Program-made: the position numbers and the translations under genes
Part shown: positions 18,502-27,004 of the stretch, one piece after another
Numbering within the stretch: the stretch's first letter is position 1
How the letters are laid out: each line of letters opens with the position of its first letter
The notes under the pieces: generated by a model
Database searches by the model: none
Seen by the model: only the letters and a program-made list of their open reading frames with translations
What the model was told of the DNA's origin: nothing
Origin: a virus
Taxonomy: Duplodnaviria; Caudoviricetes
Direction: 5' to 3' (one strand)
DNA: 36,778 nucleotides
IMG/VR virus record: IMGVR_UViG_3300037484_000849
Span: 1-36,778 of that record

Positions 18502-18852
18502 TCACGCTACCTGACGAATCGACCAGTTCACCGTGATGGTTCCCGCGAGCGCGTCGCACGTTACATCCCAGCCGTGAAGCAGAATCAGCGACGGGCTGAC
18601 CCAGATGGGCTCAGACTGCGTGCCGGTGAGGACCGTCTCGTAGACGATGCGCTGCGTGTCGCCGCTGCGAACCTTCTCGTAAATCCGAATTTGAAGCTGA
18701 TCGCCCGCGATCATGTCGCTGACGTCGATGAAGACTTGGTAGACGCCGTCCGCAGTCTGGGCATCCCCAGTGTCGTAACTGGTGTCGGTGGTAAGCGAGT
18801 GCTCTGTCGCGCCAACGGCTTCCGAGCCCGTGTATGGTTCTGCAATCGGCAT
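18502..18852 (-). CDS. hypothetical beta-rich virion accessory protein
   Basis: Likely start MPIAEPY at 18852, just after the upstream TAA. Confidence 0.6.
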   Translation of the reverse strand: MPIAEPYTGSEAVGATEHSLTTDTSYDTGDAQTADGVYQVFIDVSDMIAGDQLQIRIYEKVRSGDTQRIVYETVLTGTQSEPIWVSPSLILLHGWDVTCDALAGTITVNWSIRQVA

Positions 18853-18856
18853 CTCT

Positions 18857-19708
18857 TTACCCCCCGACTCCGACCGCCACCACGTTGTACCCAGTAGCCG
18901 GCGCACCGGAACACCGTGCGCGAATGAACAGCTCCACGCCCGCGGCGACCGGCGCATATCCAGACAAGAAGCCAGGAGACGGATTCATCGGCGTCCCGAG
19001 GGCTTCGGCGGTGGTGCAGGCCCCCATGATCTTCAAGATGGCGTGTTTGTTGGTCGCATCACCATACGCCAATTCGAAGTACGTGTTGTCCGCGATCAGC
19101 GCTGTGTTGGACACCTGCCATCCGATTACCCACCACCACAGTGCGCGGGTGATGGTCCCAAGCGATGTCCATGATCCGTCGGCTGCGTTGCCGGGAGTGA
19201 CCGACACTCCCTGAGATCCGGAGATGGTTCCGACAGTCTCGGAAAATGTCCCTACCGGCATGGCTGCCGAGTAGTTCCGTCCGAAAGCCTTGATCGCTAC
19301 GCGGATTGTTCCCGCCGTGGCGTTGCTACCTTGCACGCGAGCCGCGACCGCCGCCCCCGCCGGAATCCGCAAGGGGAAGTAGTATTCTTGGCCGCTGGGA
19401 GCCGCCGTCATCGCCACCGCATGTCCGCACACCAGATTCTCGATCAGCTTCTCGGTGTACGACGTGCCACCAGCGGGATCGTAGTACAGGTCGAGCAGAT
19501 GGCTCTTGATCGCACCCGAAGATGCCCCAGCGAAGATTGTGAGAAAGAAGCCGTGAACTTCCTCAGCAAGATCGCCGAGAATTTCGGTGAAGGAGCCCTC
19601 CACATCCGAAGCGCCAGGGATGATTGACGTTCCTGAAGTACCGCTCGGATTGGCTCCCCAGTTGTCGATCGTGAACAAAGACCGGGGTTGTTTCGGAACG
19701 TGCAACAT
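18857..19708 (-). CDS. hypothetical protein with internal two-fold duplication (possible head decoration/adhesin)
   Basis: GTSIIPGASDVEGSFTEI versus GVSVTPGNAADGSWTSL, and both halves end in P..A..G..V..R. More A/T third positions than core genes. Confidence 0.6.
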   Translation of the reverse strand: MLHVPKQPRSLFTIDNWGANPSGTSGTSIIPGASDVEGSFTEILGDLAEEVHGFFLTIFAGASSGAIKSHLLDLYYDPAGGTSYTEKLIENLVCGHAVAMTAAPSGQEYYFPLRIPAGAAVAARVQGSNATAGTIRVAIKAFGRNYSAAMPVGTFSETVGTISGSQGVSVTPGNAADGSWTSLGTITRALWWWVIGWQVSNTALIADNTYFELAYGDATNKHAILKIMGACTTAEALGTPMNPSPGFLSGYAPVAAGVELFIRARCSGAPATGYNVVAVGVGG

Positions 19709-19718
19709 GCGGAGCCCC

Positions 19719-20228
19719 TTACGCCGTGGTGTCGCCTTCGACTTCCAGGATCACGTTGTCAGCGCTGGCCGCCGCTGCGCCGGCCGTGACGGTCCAGCGG
19801 ACCCAGATGCCGTAGAACTGGCCGGGGGTCAGGTTGCCGAGCGAAAGACCCGCAGCTTTGGAGGCTGGTGCTGTGAACGACTCACCCGAAGGCGCGGTGT
19901 TCTCGTTCGCGATTGTCTCCATGGTGGCGTTCACGCCCTCGCCAGCGAGAGCGATCGCCACGGTCGTATTGACGTGCGGCGTGTTGGCCTGAATCCAGAG
20001 AAACACGTCCAACCACGTGATCGACCCATGGTCATTCTTCACGTAGAGACCGCGGTACTCTACGTCGCCGGCCGCCGATTCCGCACCCGAGACCACGTCG
20101 AACAGGTTGTGCAAGGACGCAGCGGTGATCTGGGTCGATGAGATGATTCCACCGAGCGATGCGTTCGGATCGGTGTTACCCGCTCCGCCCGAGAGGAAGA
20201 ACTTGATGTCGGAATCGGCGATCGGCAC
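19719..20228 (-). CDS. putative virion accessory protein
   Basis: DIKFFLSGG...SLGG...NLFDVVSGAESAAGDVEYR...GIWVR. GTG start with RBS AAGGAG. Confidence 0.6.
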   Translation of the reverse strand: MPIADSDIKFFLSGGAGNTDPNASLGGIISSTQITAASLHNLFDVVSGAESAAGDVEYRGLYVKNDHGSITWLDVFLWIQANTPHVNTTVAIALAGEGVNATMETIANENTAPSGESFTAPASKAAGLSLGNLTPGQFYGIWVRWTVTAGAAAASADNVILEVEGDTTA

Positions 20229-20238
20229 GGTGGCTCCT

Positions 20239-21108
20239 TCAGGTCAGGTACGCCGCAAAGACGGTGCGTGCTTGCGACGGATCTTTCGCCGTCGACACCA
20301 GCCGCTTCGCGAGCGCCGGATTTTCCCGGAACATCTTCGAGCCCGCGCTCAGGTTGAACGTGGCCTTCTCGAACGGGTTGACACCCGTGAACTTGCCAGC
20401 GCCGCCCTTGCCGCCCGTCGCACCCGCTCCTTCGGTGTCCTTGAACCAGTGGGGGCGCTTGCCCTCGGACTGGATCACGACCAAGAGCTCGCGCGGGGAC
20501 AGCCCTGGCTCGACGCCGACGCCATCCTTCGTGACGGGCTTGCCCGCCTCATCGAAGTCGAACACACGCTCGGCGAAGAGCTCCACGTCGACCAGCGCCT
20601 CGGGCCGAATGGGGATGCCCTTGTCGCCGGCCGTCACCTCGCGGATCGAATCCACGAGTACGCGCTTCTTCTTCTCGCCGACGAGTACGACGTTCTCGCT
20701 CGTGAGCGCGGCGTTGGTGGCTTCGAGATCCTTGATCTTCTTGTCGAGCGGGCGGCGTTCCTTCTCGAGCGCGAGCTGGACGAGCTTCTGGACCTGCTCG
20801 TCGCTGGGGCGGCCCCCCTTGCCCTTGCCCTCTCCGCTCGCGCGGAGCTCTTCGAGCTCGTCCTGAAGCTCCTGGATGCCTTCCGGAGTCAGGTCGCCGT
20901 AGCCCTTGATCTTGTCCTTCGTACCGCGGTGATCGGTGCGCTCTTTGCTGAGCGCCTTGGTGAGTCGGTCGACATCGGCCTGCGTCTTCACGCCTTCGAT
21001 GGCGAGCTCGAACTTGCCGTCTTTCTCCACGAACAGATCGCGGGGGTCGATCGACTCGGGCAGTTCGTCCAGGTTCTCGAGAATGGCCTTGAGCTTCACG
21101 GGAGACAC
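20239..21108 (-). CDS. capsid scaffolding protein
   Basis: LFVEKDGKFELAIEG...LTKALSKER, coiled coil, PHWF...GAGATGG...NPF. Follows the portal. Confidence 0.8.
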   Translation of the reverse strand: MSPVKLKAILENLDELPESIDPRDLFVEKDGKFELAIEGVKTQADVDRLTKALSKERTDHRGTKDKIKGYGDLTPEGIQELQDELEELRASGEGKGKGGRPSDEQVQKLVQLALEKERRPLDKKIKDLEATNAALTSENVVLVGEKKKRVLVDSIREVTAGDKGIPIRPEALVDVELFAERVFDFDEAGKPVTKDGVGVEPGLSPRELLVVIQSEGKRPHWFKDTEGAGATGGKGGAGKFTGVNPFEKATFNLSAGSKMFRENPALAKRLVSTAKDPSQARTVFAAYLT

Positions 21109-21130
21109 CTCATGGTGTTACCGACGCACT

Positions 21131-22663
21131 TCATTGTGCGTTGGTGTTGGAATCGGTCGCCGGCTTCTGGCCCGGCTTCGGCGGCCCGCCACCGGGCGCC
21201 ACGGTGGGCTCGGGCGGGGTCGGCTTCAGGAGCTCGTTGAGCTCCTTCTCGGCCTTGAGCTTCGCGACTTCTTCCTCGAACTCGATGTCCGTGAAGCCGT
21301 TGGCCTTGGCCCAGGCGTGGATGGATTCGTAGCTGAGCGGAGCGCCCTTCTCTCGAGCGTCGAGCAAGTCGCGCAGCTCGGACGTGCGCGCCTTCGTCTC
21401 CGCGAAATCGAGGTTCGGGATGACCTTGACCTGTTCCGGATCGGCGCCGACCCATGTGGCGCACACACGAAGGATCTGTTCCAGGCCAGCGGCCGCGGTG
21501 ACGGCTGTCTGCAAGAGGGTGGACGTCTGGGCCGCCACGCGGACCTTCAGCGCTTCGCCGGACTCGGCCTGTCCGCTGCGGGGCTCGAGCAGGCGGCTGC
21601 CCATCTCGCGCAGCTTCGTGTGGTCGTCGACGAGCGCGTGGCGCTGCTCGGGCAAACCGTCGCTGTTGACGCCGATGAACTTCGCGTCCGCGCCGGGCTG
21701 CGCAGGAAGGCTGATCTTCGCGCCGACGCCTACGCGCGTCTGCTTCGCGGGCTCGTCGTCCTCGCCCGTCTCTTCGCCAATCACGACCAGCGTGTCCTGG
21801 CCCAGCATGAAGAGCGTGGAGCGGAAATCTGCTTCGCCGCGGTAGACGACAAGCGAGTAGTTCGCGAGCCCAAGAAGGGGGATGGAGTCTGGGCTGACAT
21901 CGAGATCGTTCGCTCCGATGATCACGAAAGGGATCTCGTCGAGCGTGCGGCCCTTGAAGTGGGGAGTGATCGAGTCTTCGGGGTCTGCTTCGACACCGTC
22001 CTCTTCGACCATGGTCAACGTCTGGTACTTGGCGGGGCCGGGCTCGCCTTGCTCGAAGTCCGCCTGAAGCAGCAGAACGCGATAGCGCGTCTCGCTCTTC
22101 CACTCGAACATATCGTCGCCGCGAGTTGGGACGGTTTCCTTGAGCACGACCATCTGGAGCTTGTCGACTCCGAACGGGGCCGGATTCTCGTCATCCCAGT
22201 TGATGATCGTCTCGGCGTCGTAGGTGACGAGATGCGGAACATCGCGACCTGTCGCTACGTCCGCGAGCATGCCGAAGCGGCCCGTGAGAAGCTGTTGCTC
22301 GTTGATCTGGCGCAGCAGATTGTCGAGCGAGATGCCCTTCCGGGTGGCCGACTTCCGCATGGGCTCGAGCGCGGCGGGCAGTTCGATCTTCGCGGGCTTG
22401 CGGTGCAGCGCGCCGACCAGAACCTTGACCGCGTCCTCGACTGCATTCGGGAACACCGCGCGAGACAGGTAGGCGTTGTATGCTGCTACACCGGCTGCTT
22501 TGTCATTCCCTGAGTACAGGCCGTCGATCACCATGCCCGACGTCGGGGGCAAATAGACGACGGTCTTCTCCTTGATCTTGCGCTGACCCGCATTCGTGTC
22601 GCGCATGATCACCCAGTCGGGGTGACGCTCGACGTAGTCCGGATGTTCGGAGGAAATCGCCAT
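21131..22663 (-). CDS. portal protein (DUF4055 type)
   Basis: HPDY...W..MRD...YLP...AY.AYLSRAVF...GRFGMLAD...IINW...IPFV...ESGEAL. Follows TerL. Confidence 0.9.
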   Translation of the reverse strand: MAISSEHPDYVERHPDWVIMRDTNAGQRKIKEKTVVYLPPTSGMVIDGLYSGNDKAAGVAAYNAYLSRAVFPNAVEDAVKVLVGALHRKPAKIELPAALEPMRKSATRKGISLDNLLRQINEQQLLTGRFGMLADVATGRDVPHLVTYDAETIINWDDENPAPFGVDKLQMVVLKETVPTRGDDMFEWKSETRYRVLLLQADFEQGEPGPAKYQTLTMVEEDGVEADPEDSITPHFKGRTLDEIPFVIIGANDLDVSPDSIPLLGLANYSLVVYRGEADFRSTLFMLGQDTLVVIGEETGEDDEPAKQTRVGVGAKISLPAQPGADAKFIGVNSDGLPEQRHALVDDHTKLREMGSRLLEPRSGQAESGEALKVRVAAQTSTLLQTAVTAAAGLEQILRVCATWVGADPEQVKVIPNLDFAETKARTSELRDLLDAREKGAPLSYESIHAWAKANGFTDIEFEEEVAKLKAEKELNELLKPTPPEPTVAPGGGPPKPGQKPATDSNTNAQ

Positions 22664-24258
22664 CAGTGGTGTCCCGTCGTGTGGCCCGACCGCGCTTTCG
22701 CAGGCGGGGGCGCGAGTGTGAGCACGAGCGCGTCAGCGTGATCGGGGGACGCGATGCCGCGGGCGGCCATGCGCGTCTTCCGCTCGATCTGGATTTTGCC
22801 GCTCTCGAGGTACGTGTAGCCGGGCAGCGCGAGCTCACCCGCAAGGTTCGCGTCGTCAGGAAGGAACAGACACTCGTCGAGCTTGTGGGCGGTCCCGCCC
22901 TGACCCTGCTCGAACATGAACAGCTCGTAGGTCTTCTGGAGCCGCTCACGCAGCGTCCACCAGAGCTCGGCCTTGAGGTTCGCGAACTTGTCCTGCGAGC
23001 GTTTGCCATCAGGCCACGTCTTGTGGGATGGCTTGGTGCCCGTGTTGATCGGGATGGACCGCACGCGGTCCTGGCGCCGAAGCACGGACAGGACACCCTT
23101 GCCGACGCCGACCGTGTCGAACTTCAGCGCCTTGCAGCCCGTCTTGATCGACAGCGCGACGCCCTTGTTCGCGGTGTTGATGGAGTCGTCCGTCTTCCAG
23201 CTCTCGCTCGCGCCGACGATCGGGCCGTGGCGCGGAACGAACACGCTGAACGCGCGCCCGCCGCCGACGTCCAGTCCCGCGACACCATCGCGATGCTTGG
23301 CCCGGAGGTTCGCCCATTCCGGGCCGCCCTCATACTTTCGGCGGAGCGCCTGGGAGGCCCGCACCCACTTGGCTTGGATGACCGTGTCGTCGCCGGAGCT
23401 CTCGTAATCGAGATCGACTTCCTGCGCGAGCGTCCGGGGGTCGAGCTTCGCGCACTGCTCAGCGTACCACTTGTCGTCCTTGCGAGGGTCCATGGTCCAG
23501 TGGAGCGTGATCACGTCGACCACGCCGCCGAACCGTTTGCGATAGAAGGGATTGCCGACACCGTTGGGCGTCGACACGTCGAGCCGGACGTCCGTGTTCT
23601 GCGAGAGCGCCGCTTCGACGCGGTCAGGATTCTCGACGAACGCTGCTTCGTCCAGGACGTAGAGGGAGGAGCGCCCGCCGCGGCCGATGTTGTCGCCGGC
23701 CTCACCCGTGATGATCGACCCGTTCTCCGGGTTGGTGATCTTCATGTAGCGGGCGTGAACTTGCTCGTTGTACCCGATGGGCTTCAGCTCGTCGGGGAGC
23801 ATGCGGAGCATGATCCGCACCTTCTCCATCAAGGAGTCGGGATCGCCGAGCGTGTCGACGAGTGCTTCCTTGCGGGAGCCGATGCTGATTTTCGCGCCGG
23901 GCTCGAACAGGTACACCGCGAGCGCGAACGCGAGGACGACCCAGGAGGCGCCCATGTCGCGCGACTTCTCGACGAGCCCGCCCTTGCGGCCCTTGTAGTG
24001 GTCGCGCAGCCAGTTCACGAGCTCGATCTGCTTCGGGAACAGGATGAACGGCACGTAGGCCGGGAGTCCGCGGTTCACGTTGCGCGGATCGTAGGTGAAG
24101 AGCCAGTCTTCGATGAAGTCCGAGTAGTTGCCTGCGCGGTAGTAGGCGTGGACCTTGTCCCACGAACCATCCGTGCGAATCTGCTTCAGGCGTGCTTCGC
24201 GCTCCCGAAACACCGCGGTGTAGTTCGGGTGACGAAAGTCCGCGGGGCGGGCTCTCAT
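22663..24258 (-). CDS. terL: terminase large subunit
   Basis: Walker A KSRDMGASW, Walker B YVLDEAA, coupling motif STPNG, nuclease GLDVG...DTVGVG...SPDHADAL. Start 24258 (ATGA overlap) or 24288. Confidence 0.95.
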   Translation of the reverse strand: MRARPADFRHPNYTAVFREREARLKQIRTDGSWDKVHAYYRAGNYSDFIEDWLFTYDPRNVNRGLPAYVPFILFPKQIELVNWLRDHYKGRKGGLVEKSRDMGASWVVLAFALAVYLFEPGAKISIGSRKEALVDTLGDPDSLMEKVRIMLRMLPDELKPIGYNEQVHARYMKITNPENGSIITGEAGDNIGRGGRSSLYVLDEAAFVENPDRVEAALSQNTDVRLDVSTPNGVGNPFYRKRFGGVVDVITLHWTMDPRKDDKWYAEQCAKLDPRTLAQEVDLDYESSGDDTVIQAKWVRASQALRRKYEGGPEWANLRAKHRDGVAGLDVGGGRAFSVFVPRHGPIVGASESWKTDDSINTANKGVALSIKTGCKALKFDTVGVGKGVLSVLRRQDRVRSIPINTGTKPSHKTWPDGKRSQDKFANLKAELWWTLRERLQKTYELFMFEQGQGGTAHKLDECLFLPDDANLAGELALPGYTYLESGKIQIERKTRMAARGIASPDHADALVLTLAPPPAKARSGHTTGHH

Positions 24259-24455
24259 GTTGCTGAGAACGCGCTGGAGCACGGACATCGGTCGACGTGC
24301 GGGGCGTTGTAGGTCTTGCAGCGTCCACAGAGCACTGCGAGCCGGATCACGAAAGCCGCGACGACGCACGTGCGAAAGTGTTGGAAGCCGAGCTTGCCGC
24401 AGCCGCGACAGCCGGCGTACCAGACGTAGAGCGGTTTCGTCGAATCGGGCATCAC
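24255..24455 (-). CDS. small zinc-finger protein (Mu Com-like)
   Basis: CRGCGKL...LCGRCKTYN. Strong RBS GAGGAGG. Confidence 0.55.
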   Translation of the reverse strand: MMPDSTKPLYVWYAGCRGCGKLGFQHFRTCVVAAFVIRLAVLCGRCKTYNAPHVDRCPCSSAFSAT

Positions 24456-24462
24456 GCCCTCC

Positions 24463-25026
24463 TCAGTCTAGGAAGTCCATCGCGTCATCATTGACGGTGT
24501 ACTCTGCATCCACGACCTCATTCGCGAGCGTCGCGTAGTAGTCGTTCGCCGCTTGCGCTTCGTTCGGGTCCGCGCTGCTGCCCGCGCCGATGCGCCGCAG
24601 GCCAATCGCGCCCTCGATCTCGATTCGCTTGGGCTTGGGATCGACGCGGTCGCCGATCTCTTTGAAGTGCTCCGTGCTGCCCATCAGACCGCGCATCGCG
24701 AACACCCAGGCCGTCAAGGTCTGGAGCGTCGCCTTTGCTTCTTCTGGGATCTGCTCTGGCCGACAGCCAACCGCGAACGCGGCGCGCTCGAGCGCGAGCT
24801 CCGTGCCACCAGTCGTCTGCCAGACTTCTCGGAACGAGTCGCGGAGCAACGTGCGCTCGCGCTTTCGCCGCGTGAGATTCAGGGTGTGGCCCGGTGCCAG
24901 GGCGCCGCTGCCGCGCCGGTTTGGATCGAACTCGATGGGCAGTCCATCGTCCGTGTGGCGCGGGAGCTCCTGGAGCGTCAGCGCGTCATACGTCGGGACG
25001 GAAGGGATCGACACTGGGCACCTCAT
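24463..25026 (-). CDS. probable terminase small subunit
   Basis: GALAPGHTLN (DUF5681-like) and FKEIGDRVDPKP.RIEIEG. Upstream of TerL. Exact start uncertain. Confidence 0.6.
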   Translation of the reverse strand: MRCPVSIPSVPTYDALTLQELPRHTDDGLPIEFDPNRRGSGALAPGHTLNLTRRKRERTLLRDSFREVWQTTGGTELALERAAFAVGCRPEQIPEEAKATLQTLTAWVFAMRGLMGSTEHFKEIGDRVDPKPKRIEIEGAIGLRRIGAGSSADPNEAQAANDYYATLANEVVDAEYTVNDDAMDFLD

Positions 25027-25243
25027 GGCGCTTTTCGACGCGACCGACCGGCGCGAGGATGACGATGCCGTCGTCGCACTTCATCGCGCCGTACACTGTT
25101 CCGTCCTCGCTGAGCGCGCGATCGTTCGATGCTTCGCAGCCAGCGACAGGAATGGAGCCGGCCGGAAGGGGCTCGGGCCATGTGGCGCGCGCCAGGATTC
25201 CACAGAGAACGAAGCCGCCCAGGAAGCACACGATCGGCTTCAC
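24986..25243 (-). CDS. small membrane-anchored/secreted protein
   Basis: GTG at 25243 overlapping the upstream TGA. Hydrophobic N-terminus IVCFLGGFVLCGILA. Confidence 0.45.
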   Translation of the reverse strand: MKPIVCFLGGFVLCGILARATWPEPLPAGSIPVAGCEASNDRALSEDGTVYGAMKCDDGIVILAPVGRVEKRHEVPSVDPFRPDV

Positions 25244-25440
25244 GAACTGGTCGCGGAAACGACTGCGGTTTGAGCTTGAAGCGCGCACTCCGCGAGCTCG
25301 GCGCTGTCCATGCTGCTCCACGAAACCTCCGTGTCCCCGTCCAGGTATCGGACGATGACCATGACGCCGTAGACGCCCTCGCGCTTCAGCGCGGTGATGA
25401 GCGTCTGGTTGGGTGCAATCTGTCCGGCGCGCGGTGGCAT
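25240..25440 (-). CDS. hypothetical protein
   Basis: GAGG RBS before ATG 25440. Codon usage like neighbouring genes. Confidence 0.5.
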   Translation of the reverse strand: MPPRAGQIAPNQTLITALKREGVYGVMVIVRYLDGDTEVSWSSMDSAELAECALQAQTAVVSATSS

Positions 25441-25450
25441 GACCTCGACG

Positions 25451-26194
25451 TTAGACAGCGTCGTCGGCAACGAGTATGCCTTGGATGATGCCCGAGACGT
25501 TTTGATTTGCCGCTCCGACTAGGAACACGCGAAGGATGATGTCTGTGCGAGAGGGAAACATGACCGGGACGTCGAACTTCACCAACCCGGATTGACCCAC
25601 GTTCGCGAAGGTCTGTGCGAAGTGCTGTTTCTTGATGCCGTCGCTGATCACGTTCAACCCGAACCAGATGGTTGCGGCCGCGAAGTTGCTGACTTGCAGC
25701 GACGTGAGAAAAAAGCGATGTCCCGCCGGCACAGTGTAGTATGCACCGTTCGACTCGTTGACCGCCACGTTGTTGATCGGAGCGATCATGGTGGTGAAGA
25801 TGTCACCGCCACCCGCGACACGAATGGTGACGATGGCCCGATTTCCGCCCAACGCGCCGGCCGTGAGCACCGAAGCGTGATTGATTCGCGTGTACTGGTT
25901 CACCAACGGAACTACCGTCGTCCCGTTCATGGCGACGATTTCGCTCTGAAGTTCGTAGTTGGCGTCAAGCCCTTCTACGAGTACGGTCCAGGCACCATTT
26001 TCAGGTTCGACATCTTCCGTACTGGCCGAAACGATCTCGACACTCTGAACGGTCGAATGCCAAATCTTCGTGCCACCGGCAGCCCAGACATCCTCGGGTG
26101 TGTCTACGTCGAGGTTCGTACCGAAGGCTTGTACGGACGAGAAGCCATGTCGTGCGCCTCGCGCGACCTCGAAATAGAAGTCGTTCGCGTTCAT
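25451..26194 (-). CDS. putative virion protein, paralogue B
   Basis: MNANDFYFEVARG...FGTNLDVDTPEDVW...GAWTVLVEGLDANY. Clear paralogue of 26198-26926. Confidence 0.65.
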   Translation of the reverse strand: MNANDFYFEVARGARHGFSSVQAFGTNLDVDTPEDVWAAGGTKIWHSTVQSVEIVSASTEDVEPENGAWTVLVEGLDANYELQSEIVAMNGTTVVPLVNQYTRINHASVLTAGALGGNRAIVTIRVAGGGDIFTTMIAPINNVAVNESNGAYYTVPAGHRFFLTSLQVSNFAAATIWFGLNVISDGIKKQHFAQTFANVGQSGLVKFDVPVMFPSRTDIILRVFLVGAANQNVSGIIQGILVADDAV

Positions 26195-26197
26195 GAC

Positions 26198-26926
26198 TCA
26201 GACCGCGGCGTCGGAAAGAAGCACTCCCGTCAGTCCGCCGGCCACAACCTGATCGGCCGCACTGACGGCGGTCACGCGGACCACCACGTCGGAGCGGGGG
26301 CCGAAGAACTTCGGGGTCTCGAAGGGCTGCCGAAAGGGCGAGCTGGCGAGCGCATAGGACGCCGAAGCGTACAGCCGTTTCACCCCGTCCTCGTTTCCGA
26401 ACAGCCCGAATGTGATGGTGCCCGCGCTCGAGACGCTCCCCTGGAACGACGTGACGAACAGCCGGAATCCGACGGGGACGCTGTAGTAAGCGCCGTTGCT
26501 GTGACCCTCCGAGATCGGGATGTTCACCCACGTGGCGCCCGCGGCCGCGATTCGCACCGTGATGGTTCCCGCGTTCGTGAGGCCGGTTCCCGCCGTCCGG
26601 ACCGTGGCCTTGTTCACGCGCAGCCACGTGCCAGTCAGTGCGACCGCACCCACGCCATTCAGCGTCGCGACCTCGGACTTGTAGACCCAGCTCGCGTCGA
26701 CTCCTTCGATGAAGACTGTGCGCGCGCCCGTGCCGGCCGCAGCATCCGCCGCATCGCTGGAGAGGATCTCGAGAGACTGCGCGGTGGTGGCAAACGGGAT
26801 GCTTCCGCCGACCGCGAAGATGTCCTCCGCAGCGTCCACGTCGCCGTTCGAGCCGAAGGCGTGAATCGGCGTGAAGCCTGTGCGCCGTCCTCGGGCTACC
26901 TCGAAGAAGAAATCGTTCGCCTGCAT
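26198..26926 (-). CDS. putative virion protein, paralogue A
   Basis: MQANDFFFEVARG...FGSNGDVDAAEDIF...GTGARTVFIEGVDASW. Confidence 0.65.
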   Translation of the reverse strand: MQANDFFFEVARGRRTGFTPIHAFGSNGDVDAAEDIFAVGGSIPFATTAQSLEILSSDAADAAAGTGARTVFIEGVDASWVYKSEVATLNGVGAVALTGTWLRVNKATVRTAGTGLTNAGTITVRIAAAGATWVNIPISEGHSNGAYYSVPVGFRLFVTSFQGSVSSAGTITFGLFGNEDGVKRLYASASYALASSPFRQPFETPKFFGPRSDVVVRVTAVSAADQVVAGGLTGVLLSDAAV

Positions 26927-26935
26927 AGGTGCCCC

Positions 26936-27004
26936 TCAGATCCAGAAGGTTGCGATGAAGGCGGCGAGCCACGTGGCCGCGCCCCAGATGAGCTTCGCGG
27001 TCAT
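26936..27004 (-). CDS. 22-aa hydrophobic micro-protein (not in ORF track)
   Basis: MTAKLIWGAATWLAAFIATFWI*. TGATG overlap with the upstream gene, fills the gap to the next RBS. Confidence 0.4.
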   Translation of the reverse strand: MTAKLIWGAATWLAAFIATFWI

